In this document: positions 13,301 through 24,742 of the stretch, one piece after another
How positions within the stretch are numbered: the stretch's first letter is position 1
How the letters are laid out: the number at the start of each line of letters is the position of its first letter
From: Rotaria socialis
Taxonomy: Eukaryota
Reading direction: 5' to 3'
Assembly: GCA_905331295.1 (NCBI GenBank)
Contig: CAJNYD010000571.1
Span: forward strand, 62,001-110,153
DNA length: 48,153 nt
Notes under the pieces: model-generated
Database searches by the model: none
What the model saw: only the letters and a program-made list of their open reading frames with translations
What the model was told of the DNA's origin: nothing
Translations under genes and position numbers: made by a program

Positions 13301-16300
13301 TTCCTAAATTAGAAGAATAATAAATTATACAACTGGTATCATACTCCCTTGGATATGATTAAACAGTCGGCATCATTCAATCTCTATGAAATATTTGATA
13401 CATGTAATAGCTCAGTCAATATGAGAGGATCAGGGATCTTCTGATAAGTGTGATCATTGCCAAAATTTTCAAGGTTTGTTTTCCTTAAAAACTAGTCTTT
13501 GAAACGATTATCGATGAAATATGTATATGGCATTTGTCTCTTCGCGTGTCCGAATTTTTTGTTTATAGTAAAGAGCAAGCTTCAGCGATAGTATATGAAT
13601 AGTCTTTGAAACAGTAAAATACTTCATTGAACACTCAGAACTCGTTGTCCTGCAGATGTTTCAAGTATGTTACGAAATCGATAGTCGTCCATGTTAAATG
13701 GACGCATCCCTCTCAGTTGGATTGAAATTAATAATTACATAAGGTAAAAATTAGTTCGTTCGACTAGTACAGTAACAATAGAAATCGACATCGAGGTTAT
13801 CGTTCACACCACGAACTTAAATAAATGTTAAAAATTTGCAATTAAATCCATGGGAATTTCTAAATGGTTTTTCATTTAGTGTCTAAGATTTTTGTAGCAT
13901 AACCAAAATATCGCGAACATTTATTTTACTAATGCGAAAGTATTGACTTCTATTATTTTGTTTTCAGCTAAAAATACATCTTAGCATTAAGTGCAGACAA
14001 AAATCTGATGCTCAGCAGTTTTTTTCAATCTAATCCATAGAGATTATTTAAGCACTATTTTGGAATATCTTCATAATCCGGGCAAATATAAGAAGAAATC
14101 ATCCTCATAAAACATTTTTGCAATTTGTTTTCTCTGTCATATTACTAGACTAGGATTTTCTAGATAGATTTTGCGAATTTTTCTTCAAACGAAGATAATT
14201 TTTCAATATTATGGAGGGAAGGATTTATCAACAATTGTGACTAGAAAAACAGAAAGCTCATCTTAGACGGTAGAACTGTTCTTGCTAGACAGACCAGAGG
14301 AATATTTACTTGAAGAAAAAAAATGCAGTTTCTTCTACATCAATCAACAGCATTAGTCAAACTAATAATACAATTAAATTGTGTAATATTGAGGAAAACA
14401 AATTACTAAAAATAAATTAAAATTCGTAGAAGACCGAAAGAAAAATTACAGCAGCGCACCCGTTTCTCGGCCAAACTCATGAAAAGTTCTCTACATCTTT
14501 GAAATAATCATTCACACGTACATCAATTACTTATACTCCATTCGCTGTTGATTTCGAATATCAAATAAGTGCCCCCTCCCAGTTTGTCATACCTTTGAAA
14601 TACTCGTACTAGCACTATGTTAACATTTTGAGAGTGAATCTACATCCTGTAGAGATTTCATCCGATTCAGTTGAATAGAAAATTTCGTAAGCTCTTCAGA
14701 TGAAACTTATATTTCATTTTTTTTCCCATAGGCCCATCGAAAAATCCAATTCCAGATTGGATTAACAGCTAACTCTAAGAAATTTTCTTCTCAGTGTTTG
14801 CGATTCAGAGCAGGAAAAAGTTTCTTATTCTTACCAGAAGGCCTGTCCGATGAATGCTCTATTCGGAGCTCTGATTTTGAATTTTTTCATCTAATTTTAA
14901 TTAATAACAATTAACTTTCTTTCTGATCTTCGCGCTTAGATCTATACGAATAATTTTATCTAATTTGAGACACAAAAGAATAAATAAATGCAATTGAATC
15001 AATCGATATTTAGTATACAATCTTGGTCATTCTATGATTATCGATTTATAGATTTTATTCAAAATAAAACAGTGCCATGCCCGATAAACTCTAGATGGAT
15101 ACATTTTGAAGACTATTTATTTGCATCAATCGGCTTATTAATAACATTAATGATAACAATAAAAATTCATTTAACTGAAATGCGTTTTCGTGATTATTAC
15201 GCGTTATTTCGTTGTCATATTATGAATTTATCACTAATATGCTTATTTTTAACAACATTTATATTTAATATTTATTCCAATGATAAAACATGTAAATACG
15301 AACAAATTTCTGTGCAGTATTGTTTTTTAATTATTCTCACAAATATATTTCTCATGAGTTTATTTCGTATGTTTAAAAATTCCTTTGTGAGAAAATTTCG
15401 GTTTATTCTATTCGCTTTTATTATTGCTTTAATTACACAAACATTAATTACCATTGGTTGGTTATCTATAATTAAAAATAAACATCTAAATTACCATCAC
15501 CGATTTTGTTTTCATCGGATTGAAATCGATCTATGTTTACATGGACAAATGCCATTATTCTTATCAACTATTTATCTTCCAATTATATTTATTTTAACAG
15601 CATTGAATATCTACTTTTTTAGTAGGCCATTCGCCATTGCGCAATTACTTGAAGCAATTATATCCTTTATTGGAATTTTAATCATCGGAAGTATATGGTA
15701 TATGAGTCTATTGTTTTCAAATTATCCACAGATACCTTACAGATACGTTGCTTATATCTTTTTATTAGCTTATATGCTGCCAAGGTAAATTAATAATGGA
15801 ACAAGAGCATATCAAAAAGGGTCAAATCGCCTGCGTCTAAATTTTATATAATCAGTACGTAGTAGGAATCTTTGGCTGAAAAAATGTAGAATATGCATCC
15901 GATTTGATGAGCGCTTCCGCATAGTACCAATCATAGACCGAAACCGAGCCGAGTGGACTTTTTCAAATATGTGTCGAGTCGAGTTTGGTTTTGTGAGACT
16001 CGACGTTTTTTTGAAGTTTTTACTATTTCTTTCAACCGTGTCTCGACATTGGCATGATACAAATCTCACTCAGTGCAGTGAATTAATCGAACAGAAAATA
16101 CGACAAATAAACGGCGATGGACTGACGACGTCCAGTAGACAATAATGAATGACATACAATGACTTTCATTGTATTCAATACATCAGGTTCTATTCACCAA
16201 TTAGTCACACAACAATGGATTGACCGGGTGGATTCTCGTTTTGTCGAAATTAACACCGCTAACGCAAATTACTTCAAAGCATATCAAAGCAGTAGGGGTG

Positions 16301-19300
16301 TGGGTGTAGGTGATTTTTCGACGAAACAGGACCTAACCAATCGGCTGATCACGGATATATATAATTGTTGTTATTGTTGTTGTTGAAAAACCCTGCTATT
16401 GTCAATTATTATTATTATTGAAAAAAATCTGCTTTTGAAAATTCGTTGTTTGAGTCGAGCCGGACGTTTTTTGGCTCGCTTCGGTCTATGGTACCAATGG
16501 CTGCGAATGATAATTTTAAATTCACATCGTTTTGCCTTTCTCGGTATTACATAGGGAGAATGAGGATCGTAATATGCACTGATAGAACATTCTAGTAATG
16601 ACGGTTTAAAAGGAAATCTGTTCGATATAGTATATTCTTAGACGTGAAAGTCGTCGTGTCTTGAAGAATTAGATATTATCGAAATACTATATCAATCTGA
16701 TTAATTCTGTGAAGATTGAGTAATAATTGATCCGATGTAATTAAGTTAAAAACGAGACTTAAAGTTCGATGTAAAGTTTAGAAAAGATTAGAAACTGCTT
16801 TCTTATTGACAACGCAATCTTTATTTTGATTGGTTTATTGATAGCAGATGGAATCCGTTCGCACGTTTTAACAAATCGCCTGATCGTGCTTTGTCACAAG
16901 TTTAAGCCGCAAGACAGAGCTGTTTTCGTTCTCTCAGATCACACCTTTTCACTCACGAGGGAACGTGTCCAAGTGATACCAACTATTCGAGCTCATATTG
17001 TGCTCATAAGTACGACCCGGTGAGACTAGAAAAAGTCTAAAAGATTTCGTGTCATTAGGCCTTTCTTTCAAAGTTATGACCGTTTTCCTGAATTTTCGAC
17101 ATTGGACAAGGAATTTTTCGAACTGAAATTTTCCCTAGCAATAGGTCTCATCGATGTTAGAAGGTTTCAAAGTTTCCGTGAAAACGGATGCATCATTCTC
17201 AAGATATTGAATATTGAAGAGAAGTTAATTTTACGACATGTTTTTTGGAAAATGGCCGTTTTCATCAATATTCAATATCTTGAGAATGATGCATCCGTTT
17301 TCACTAAAACTTTTGAAACCTTCTAACATCGATGAGACCTATTGCTAGGAAAAATTTCAGTTCGAAAAATTCCTTGTCCAATGTCGAAAATTCAGTAAAA
17401 CGGTCATAACTTTGAAAGAAATGCCTAATGGTACGAAATCTTTTGAGGCTTTTTCTAGTTTCACTGGGTTCTACTTATGAGCACAATATGAACCCGAATG
17501 ATTGATATCACTTGGAGACGTTTCCTCATCAGTAGATAACAGCACTTAACATCAAATTATTAATATATGCACCGCGTTTTTTTTCAAGAGCATTTCGTTG
17601 TATTCGATGTCGTGTTATTACTTAGCCATATTCTATCGCGATGATGAATACACGATATAACCAATCTATTTAACGCATGAATGATTGTACCTATTGAATC
17701 TAATCCAGGGCAGATTTTTCCTACGCCCAAAGCAACAATTTCTAACAACATATTTTTTTCTGCTTAGAGTATGCATTTCTGAATTAGAACGTTCTCGTAT
17801 AACAGTTGAAGAAAAGAAACCACTGCTACATGATGAGGTTCAATTTCACAATGGAAATTGTACAATTCATTTTACTAACAATGATTATGATGATGAAGAA
17901 ACAAATATTCCCGTACGCCAAATAGATCGATCACAACTCAATTCTGTGAATAATCATGCAGTTATTCGTACAACAGAAATGTCGCCTGGGGAAATATTTT
18001 CCAAAATGCTTGATAAACAAGGTACACAATCTGGAGGATATCTATAAAAAAAACAATCTACAAACCTGATTTCGACCTGTGTCAAGCCATATAATAAAAC
18101 CATAGAGCGCTGGGAAACAAAGTGCTTTTGTGTAAAAACTGCATAAAAGAAAAGTGTATCATAAGAAATAATGTGACTTGTTCTATTTTCGTTTGTTCAC
18201 AAACCTAATCCAACAAAAATAAAAGGCAATTTTAACACCGAAATATTTTCGAATATCGTCTACAAATGAGAAAAATAAATTTTGTGACAAAGAAGTCAAC
18301 GATTCAACGTTATCTTTTACCGATAGGTTGACGTTTAAAAGCTGTATGAGGCCAAACCCATAGATCTCGAAGACGATTTAATGTTTCTTTATTATGCAAT
18401 GGAATTACTTGTAGAATTAAGTTTCTGTCTAAACTATGTTGTACTGAAGGCAAAATAATATCATCCGTAGCAGGTGATTCGGTTAGAAAATCTTATGAAT
18501 TACTTAATGATTGATCTATTTTAAATTCGATTCCACTGATTTCTTGTTGATGAACAATTTTTATTGAATACAGAAGATATTGAACGATCGATTGTCGTTC
18601 TTGAGAAGTAAAAAATTTATCCACATCTTCAAAACCTTCAGTAACAAACGAAATTATTCAAAAAAAAAAATATTCATTGAATAATTCATTTTTACCTTCA
18701 TAAAATTCTAATTCATCAAAGAAAAAAATTTTATATCCACCACCAAATTCTTGTTTAATTGGTTTTTCTAATTGAAGCTCATCGGCACCTTTCAACAGCC
18801 TGTACGCAGTAGAAACTAGTCAGTCTTACAAGAATATATACATGCAAAAACTCCGCCTTTACAAAAAAAACAATTTCCACAGTCTATTTGAAATTCTACC
18901 AATGCTTGCTAGAAACATCAGCACAAGATTGTTCTATATTGAAAGCAAACTTGACAGACACAGCAACTCCTGTTTATCGATTCAGAGATTTTAACCTGAG
19001 TGTCGTATCAGCAAGTTTCCTTGTAGACAAATAATGGCACTAGATAAAGCCAACCAATCTGACATGTGTCGGAGAAATCAATATAATTTGCATTCTCAAT
19101 TAATCGAAAGAAAATTATTTCAAGAACAATATTCAATTAAAATTTGTTCATGCAAAATTCCAAACTCGTGCATGATTATAATGACTGGTATCCATTCCTC
19201 TCGCATTATGCAAGCTACGATAAATATTCACCTTTCGTAAGTAAATGTTACATAGAAACCATAAACACCTATGCAAATAACAAACACAGGCATATTTTTT

Positions 19301-19610
19301 TATTTATAGCATAGAGAAATATGTTGTTTTCACCGGTTGTGAAATGATATTTAATCGAAATGCGAATATCAGGCGCAAGTTGAAGTAATTGTTCAAGAAA
19401 CCAAATAATAGTATAATCATCAATGCGACTCGGAAATGTTAGTAAAACATCACAGTCATAATTCGTGTGAGCATTGAGCCATAAACGATTAGTAATGACT
19501 GATGAAAAGTGATTTAATCTTCGACGAAATAACGCATTAACTAAAACAATATCGGATTAAAGAATGTCAGAAAGTCAAATAGACTAAGCATTCTTTTTTA
19601 CGTCTGCCAT
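10327..19610 (-). CDS. ANO8: Anoctamin/TMEM16 family, ANO8-like; multi-exon, 5' start approximate
   Basis: N-terminal NYDCDVLLTFPSRIDDYTIIWFLEQL (ANO8-like). Also DDIRKYFGVKIAFYF, FWRRRQAELAFKW, YYPSWKR, EDYLEMVIQFGYI..FPLAAFFSLLNNIIEIRTDAFKLC..QRPFSQRVKDIGHWQ and PYWVRVEKS. Last exon KLECDAL...NE* stops at 10327-10329. Confidence 0.88.
11496..12253. mobile_element. Non-autonomous TIR element in ANO8 intron, with subterminal gtcgaa repeats
   Basis: gtatagaaaaggtcgaaa at 11496 vs tttcgaccttttctatac ending 12253. Repeated aaNgtcgaa units at the left end and ttcgac units at the right end. Confidence 0.6.
11844..12108. mobile_element. CACT-terminal MITE with TA flanks, nested in the previous element
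   Basis: ta|cactttaaaa ... ttttagagtg|ta, with internal aggtt/aacct subterminal repeats. Confidence 0.55.
13353..14987 (+). pseudogene. Decayed exons, probably the former extracellular (Venus-flytrap-like) part of the nested class C GPCR
   Basis: NLYEIFDTCNSS (~13380-13415) resembles the class C 'LGYEIxDTC' motif. Exon-like blocks bounded by ag/gt (e.g. ~14430-14686) are protein-like but carry several in-frame stops, including two just upstream of ATG 14988. Confidence 0.4.
14988..18047 (+). CDS. Divergent class C (mGluR-like) 7TM receptor, nested antisense in an ANO8 intron
   Basis: Exon 14988-15784 encodes ~7 hydrophobic segments with class C hallmarks: TM3 Cys KTCKY, ITQTLITIGW, ECL2 Cys, IYLPII, LEAII, IWY, LPR. 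Donor 15785 joins acceptor 17767 in frame (R-VCISELE...) to stop 18047. Confidence 0.65.
15932..16490. mobile_element. hAT-like MITE with 8-bp TSD
   Basis: TIR catagaccgaaaccgagcc / ggctcgcttcggtctatg. Perfect TSD gtaccaat at 15924-15931 and 16491-16498. Confidence 0.8.
16951..17533. mobile_element. Foldback (long-TIR) element, ~270-bp arms
   Basis: 16951-~17220 is the near reverse complement of ~17262-17533 (e.g. gcaataggtctcatcgatgttagaaggtttcaaa / tttgaaaccttctaacatcgatgagacctattgc). Confidence 0.8.
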
Positions 19611-20011
19611 TCGTCAGTTGTTCATCTATCGTTTTCTTTTTATTAGCTGCTATATTCATCTAAATAAAACACGATCTAATAGGTTTGTTTTTCTTCTTGA
19701 AATACACAAATATCAATGAAAATGTTGGGTATATATGACACAAAAAAAAAAACTTTTTGTTCTCAATCAGATCGTTGAGATGACAGAGAGAAAAAACAGA
19801 GAAAAAAGTGTATTGCTGACTAACCACCACCATCAGTTTAACAAAAGGAGACAGAAAAAAAAGAAAAATGGATTGATTATGATCTGAACGGCGTGTTTGA
19901 AACTTAATGGTGGCGAAAGAAACATTTCATATTGAACTTCCTTTTTAAGCAGCGCAATATCTTTAATTTGTATTTGGAAAATACAAAGTAGAATGTTAAA
20001 TTTGTTTTTCT

Positions 20012-22366
20012 TTATTTTTGATCCGTTTTAATCGCACCAACAAAATCCAAAATAAGTTGTTGTAATTCATTGGCTTTCAATTCACTTATACGAATAACTT
20101 CTTCATGAACAGCTTCAACTGTTGAATCATATTCTGATAAACATTTATTTGTAATTAATGCAAGACCAAGTATACGAAAGCCACAATGAGCTGCTAATGT
20201 AACTTCATGTACTATTGACATGCCTGCAAAAGATTTATTCCGGATGTTAAAATGTGATAGAAACGGACTAAGATTTATTCCGGTCTAATGAAAGCTAATC
20301 AAGGTTTCCCTCTATAATTTCCTTTCAAACTATGTCAAATAAGATGTTTTCCAGTGTTTTATCCAGGTTTTTCACTTCGGGAGGGCGGACAAAAATTTTT
20401 TAAGGGGTGAACTACCATGAGTAATATCGAGTCTATTATATTGATGCGTTCAAAAGATCTGTTTTTCGTAAGTGATATAAACGTTGATTATTTACTTCAT
20501 TTTTCTCGGGAGAGACAATAATCGCGGTCTTCAGAAGGGCAAAATGTCCCTTGCCATTCCGCTGGATAAGGCACTGATCTTTTCTGAATACTAAATCAAA
20601 AATAGACTTTCTTTTTTCTTACCAACAGAGTCGCCCCCAAGCGATCTAAGCATATTGATTTCTGCTATAGTTTCATAGCAAGGTCCACCTGACAAAAACA
20701 AATAGTTAAATCATTGAAGTTGTGATATAGAAATGTTTTTCTTTACCTAATCCACAATAGACTCCTTCACGTAATTCAAGATTATGTTTACTAGCAATTT
20801 GTTTCATTTGAGATGAATATTGGCGATCATATGCATGGCCAACAGGTGGAAAACGTGGCCCTTTGAAATGATATTTTTCAAATCAAAAATGAGAATTCAA
20901 AAAAAGAAAAGATTTTCCTACCGAATCTAAAATAAAAGAATATAGAAAATAAAACAGAAAAATTTATTTTCCTACCGTTCATCATTATGGCCAATAAGTG
21001 GATTATTGCCAGCCATACTTGGAAAATTCAAATGATCTTTAATCAACATGATATCACCAACATCATAATTTTTATTAACACCACCAGCAGCACTAGCATT
21101 TAATGAAGCAAAAAAAGTAAAAACAAAACTTGATATAAAAATCCTACCAAGTAACAATTAATGTATTTGCTCCAAGCATATGCATGACTCGAACTGGAAA
21201 AGCACACTAACAATAATAAACAAAAAACAGCATTTTTTTATGATGCTTAATTTCACAAGGTTAAACCGTTGTAGTAACATTTGTTTTATAAAATTATAAT
21301 TTTTTAAGTGCATCCCTGGAAATATGCGATGGTAAACCTGTTTTTTTTTATTCCTTGTTTATATAAAAAGAAATATTTTGGCAAGCGCAGTAAAAACATG
21401 TTTTAAACGCTCTTGAAGTGCTGCTTTGAGTAGCCTTTTTATTTATATTATAATGTCTCGTTTAACAAGAACAGGTTAATAAAGCACCATAGAGATATTT
21501 CTGTCACGATGTTCTACACAATAGAAATAGTGTTTTCCTTTTACATAACTGTATGTTTGAAAAGATCTCAAAGTTCTCGATTGTCATATAGGTCGCTCGT
21601 ACATTAATTAAAACGTCAAATGTCTTCGAAGATAAATTGGGTAATATGACACAGACACTCAATTTTTTTATTTTGTTTTTTATCGATAGAAAACGTCGAG
21701 GGTACGCGGAATATGAGTCTGTTTTTCTTGGCCTGGTTAAAAAAATATTTTCCTTCAGATAATATATTCCTGATAAAGTCTGTCAACAATAATTTCGAGA
21801 GACAAATATCAATAGTGTATTAAGCTAATCAAAATTTTCTGCAAATTAAGCAAAAAATGAAAACATAATTACTGCTGCTGTACTATATCCTTCATAAGGA
21901 TGAAATCGACCTTGCATGCAAACAACAGAAACTCCATTTAATATTCCAAAAATAAGGTTGCTTCGATGACCAACAACTAAAACAATAGCAGAATAGAACC
22001 AGCGTGTGTCCGATAGAAATCTTTCTAAATCTACCTGTTGATCGAGGAAAATGTGGGATGTTAGCATAAGGAATAACAGTTTTGTTGGTAACTAATTCAG
22101 CTAAACCACCGAGACCAGAACCACATATAATAGCAACTTCAGGTTTTGTTGGAACAATATTTTGAATGAACGCAACAATTTCTTGTACACGTTCATATGT
22201 ATAAAAACTAGAGACAAAAAAAACAAAACAACTATTGACAACATTTTTTATTTTAGGAATAAATTTACCGATTAGTAACTGCATTTGGATGTTCACCAAA
22301 CGATGCCCATGGACCATTTTCAGCAACGGGTGCTGATTCAATCGTTGATTTTGTACTATTCGACAT
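20012..22366 (-). CDS. PNP: Purine nucleoside phosphorylase (trimeric, PNP-I type), multi-exon
   Basis: Motifs: [87 protein letters not shown] at 22364-22366. Confidence 0.95.
20352..20576. mobile_element. hAT-like MITE in last PNP intron
   Basis: TIR cagtgttttatccag / ctggataaggcactg. 8-bp flanks atgttttc / atcttttc match at 7 of 8 positions. Confidence 0.7.
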
Positions 22367-22954
22367 TATATTATCTGAATTGGGATTAGCTCAAAGTATA
22401 ATAAATAGAAAAACAAGTCCATTACACACATATATTTATAGACAGATAAATCTTCTAGTTGACGATGGGAATAAAAACATATGGAAGCAATCATCTGATG
22501 ATCAAATCTGTTGTTCGCAGTTTTTTTTCCTCCTTCTTCTTCTTGATACACCCCTTTCTCTCTCCCCATTCGTCTCTCTCTTCTCTCAATCATAATTCTG
22601 GATTGTGTTAATCTTTAATAACTCTATTTTACAAGCTTAATATGTATGAGAAAATATATTAAAATCATACTCAAGTATTTCGTATGTGTGTGAAATGCTT
22701 AGATTTTATTGCTCAGAACATAGAAGACAAGTGACTGATTACGACTATGGGGGTGTGGATGTGACTCTACGCACACAACGAGAAATAAAGAAAAACAAGT
22801 TTTTAATAAATTGTTAATTTCATTGTATGTATAAGTTTTAACAGATGATTTAACAAGATAACAAACATTATTATTTTTGAAATAATTAACAAAAGTTTCA
22901 ACAAACATTTACGTTTTGGCTATGTCTAATAATAATTTCTATCATCGTTCTCTT

Positions 22955-24706
22955 CTATTGAGCAATACCAAGATGAGTTTGTATGGCATCAATAAAATCT
23001 TGTTTTTTAGTACCTGATGCTTTTAATTTTTTCTCTCTGCAATAATCTTTTAACATTGGTATTGTCAATTTAGTTAACTAAAAGCACAAGAGTTAACTTT
23101 TATCACGTGCCTTTATTCATTGTTTTCACTTACCAGATTACTCTTTGCAGCGGCTTCGACATCCACATTTTCATCGTCTTTTGATTTTTTTGAGTTAGCA
23201 GGCGAAGTGCCTGATTCCAACTGGACAAAAACAGAAAATAAAATAAACTTATTAGATTAATCTGTGCAACTATTGTTATTCGTAATAAAGATAGATTTAC
23301 ACATCTATTTAGTTCTTTGGTTCGAAATTCCTTCAAGTATCGATGAAAACGTGACTGATAAAAAAAAGCATCAAATAATTTATTACAAGGTTGTAAATCA
23401 TAAGCACGTCAAAAATATCAGACTCTGAATGGAATTTATACGTAAAAATCCTACAATAAAATGTATCAAACTAGAATTCTCTTTTTTTTTTTATCTATGA
23501 ATTATAAATGCCATTAATTAAAACGATCGATTTACAACATTTTCATTTTCCTACTAACAAATTTCAATTGTACGACCTTTACAAATTCTATTACTGCGAT
23601 AGCAGTTGGACCATAAAGAATCGATCATGAATAGTGCAAACATCTATGGCATAATCTAAGTGTGTGCTCTATCAAAAAAAGTTTATTGTCAGCTAAAAAT
23701 AATATCTATATTCAATCGTCCAACTACGATGTCGTATTCGCTGTAGAAATTTAGTTATACTACACACTCATCAAGAAACAGAAAACAAATTAAACGTTAA
23801 TCGATAGAGAAATTTCTATTTCTAGACTCATAAACTGCCGTTTCAAATAAGTATACGCCTTAGATCATTCGACCGAGCTGAATTTTGGCACATGCACGAC
23901 CTTGAGATATATTTAACACAGAAATGCCGCTTCAAATATTTTACCATTTTTGCAATGTTCACGTTTACGTGATAGAGTAGTTTCAAAGTTCGGAATTTTT
24001 ATTGATAAGAATTGTACAGAGCAACACTATTCTTTCCATTGTATCAAAGTCCTTCAGTCAGGTCTGTTTTCAAGGTTTTTCTCTTGTTGTTAACATTAGA
24101 AATAATTACAAATTTCCTAACGGATAGATTAAAACAAAATCTATATTTTCCACCTCCAAGAACTTTGAAGAACTAAAGTTCTTTTGTAAAACACTAAGAA
24201 TATAGAGCAAACAATTTCCTAGAGCATTAAATGGTTTTCAGGCTACATTGGCAGTTCTTTTCATGTTGTATGAAAACACAATTATTGTGCCTTCCATTAA
24301 GTTAATGTATCGCGGCAAACTGAAGAAGAAAATTATTTTCTATCATTCTTCGTAATTCAAGTTGAAATACGCTTGTAAACTTCAGGCAATCAAGAAAAAA
24401 AACTCTCTATTCAACTTACTCTTTAACTGGTTCTCAAAGATGCAAAAATAAAATAAAAATAAAGTTCGATAATTAATTCTACGTCGTCATGTTACAAGCG
24501 AAAGAAAACGTTCTCCACTCATTTAAACATACATCTTATCGATCGCTAAATACATATTTATTTGAACTCATTTCGGAAGTTAGTGCGTCGCAATATTTTT
24601 TTTGAATATAAAATTATGACAAACGGTTACTTTTTCAAAAAAAAAAATATAAAATACTTCAGTTGAAAAGAAAAAAGAGGCGTGACCTTTTTTCCCTATG
24701 ATTTTA

Positions 24707-24742
<36 letters not shown>

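Noticed and set aside
20231..20283. Direct repeat aagatttattccgg near the last PNP splice acceptor
   Set aside because: A single short duplication; no array or element can be defined.
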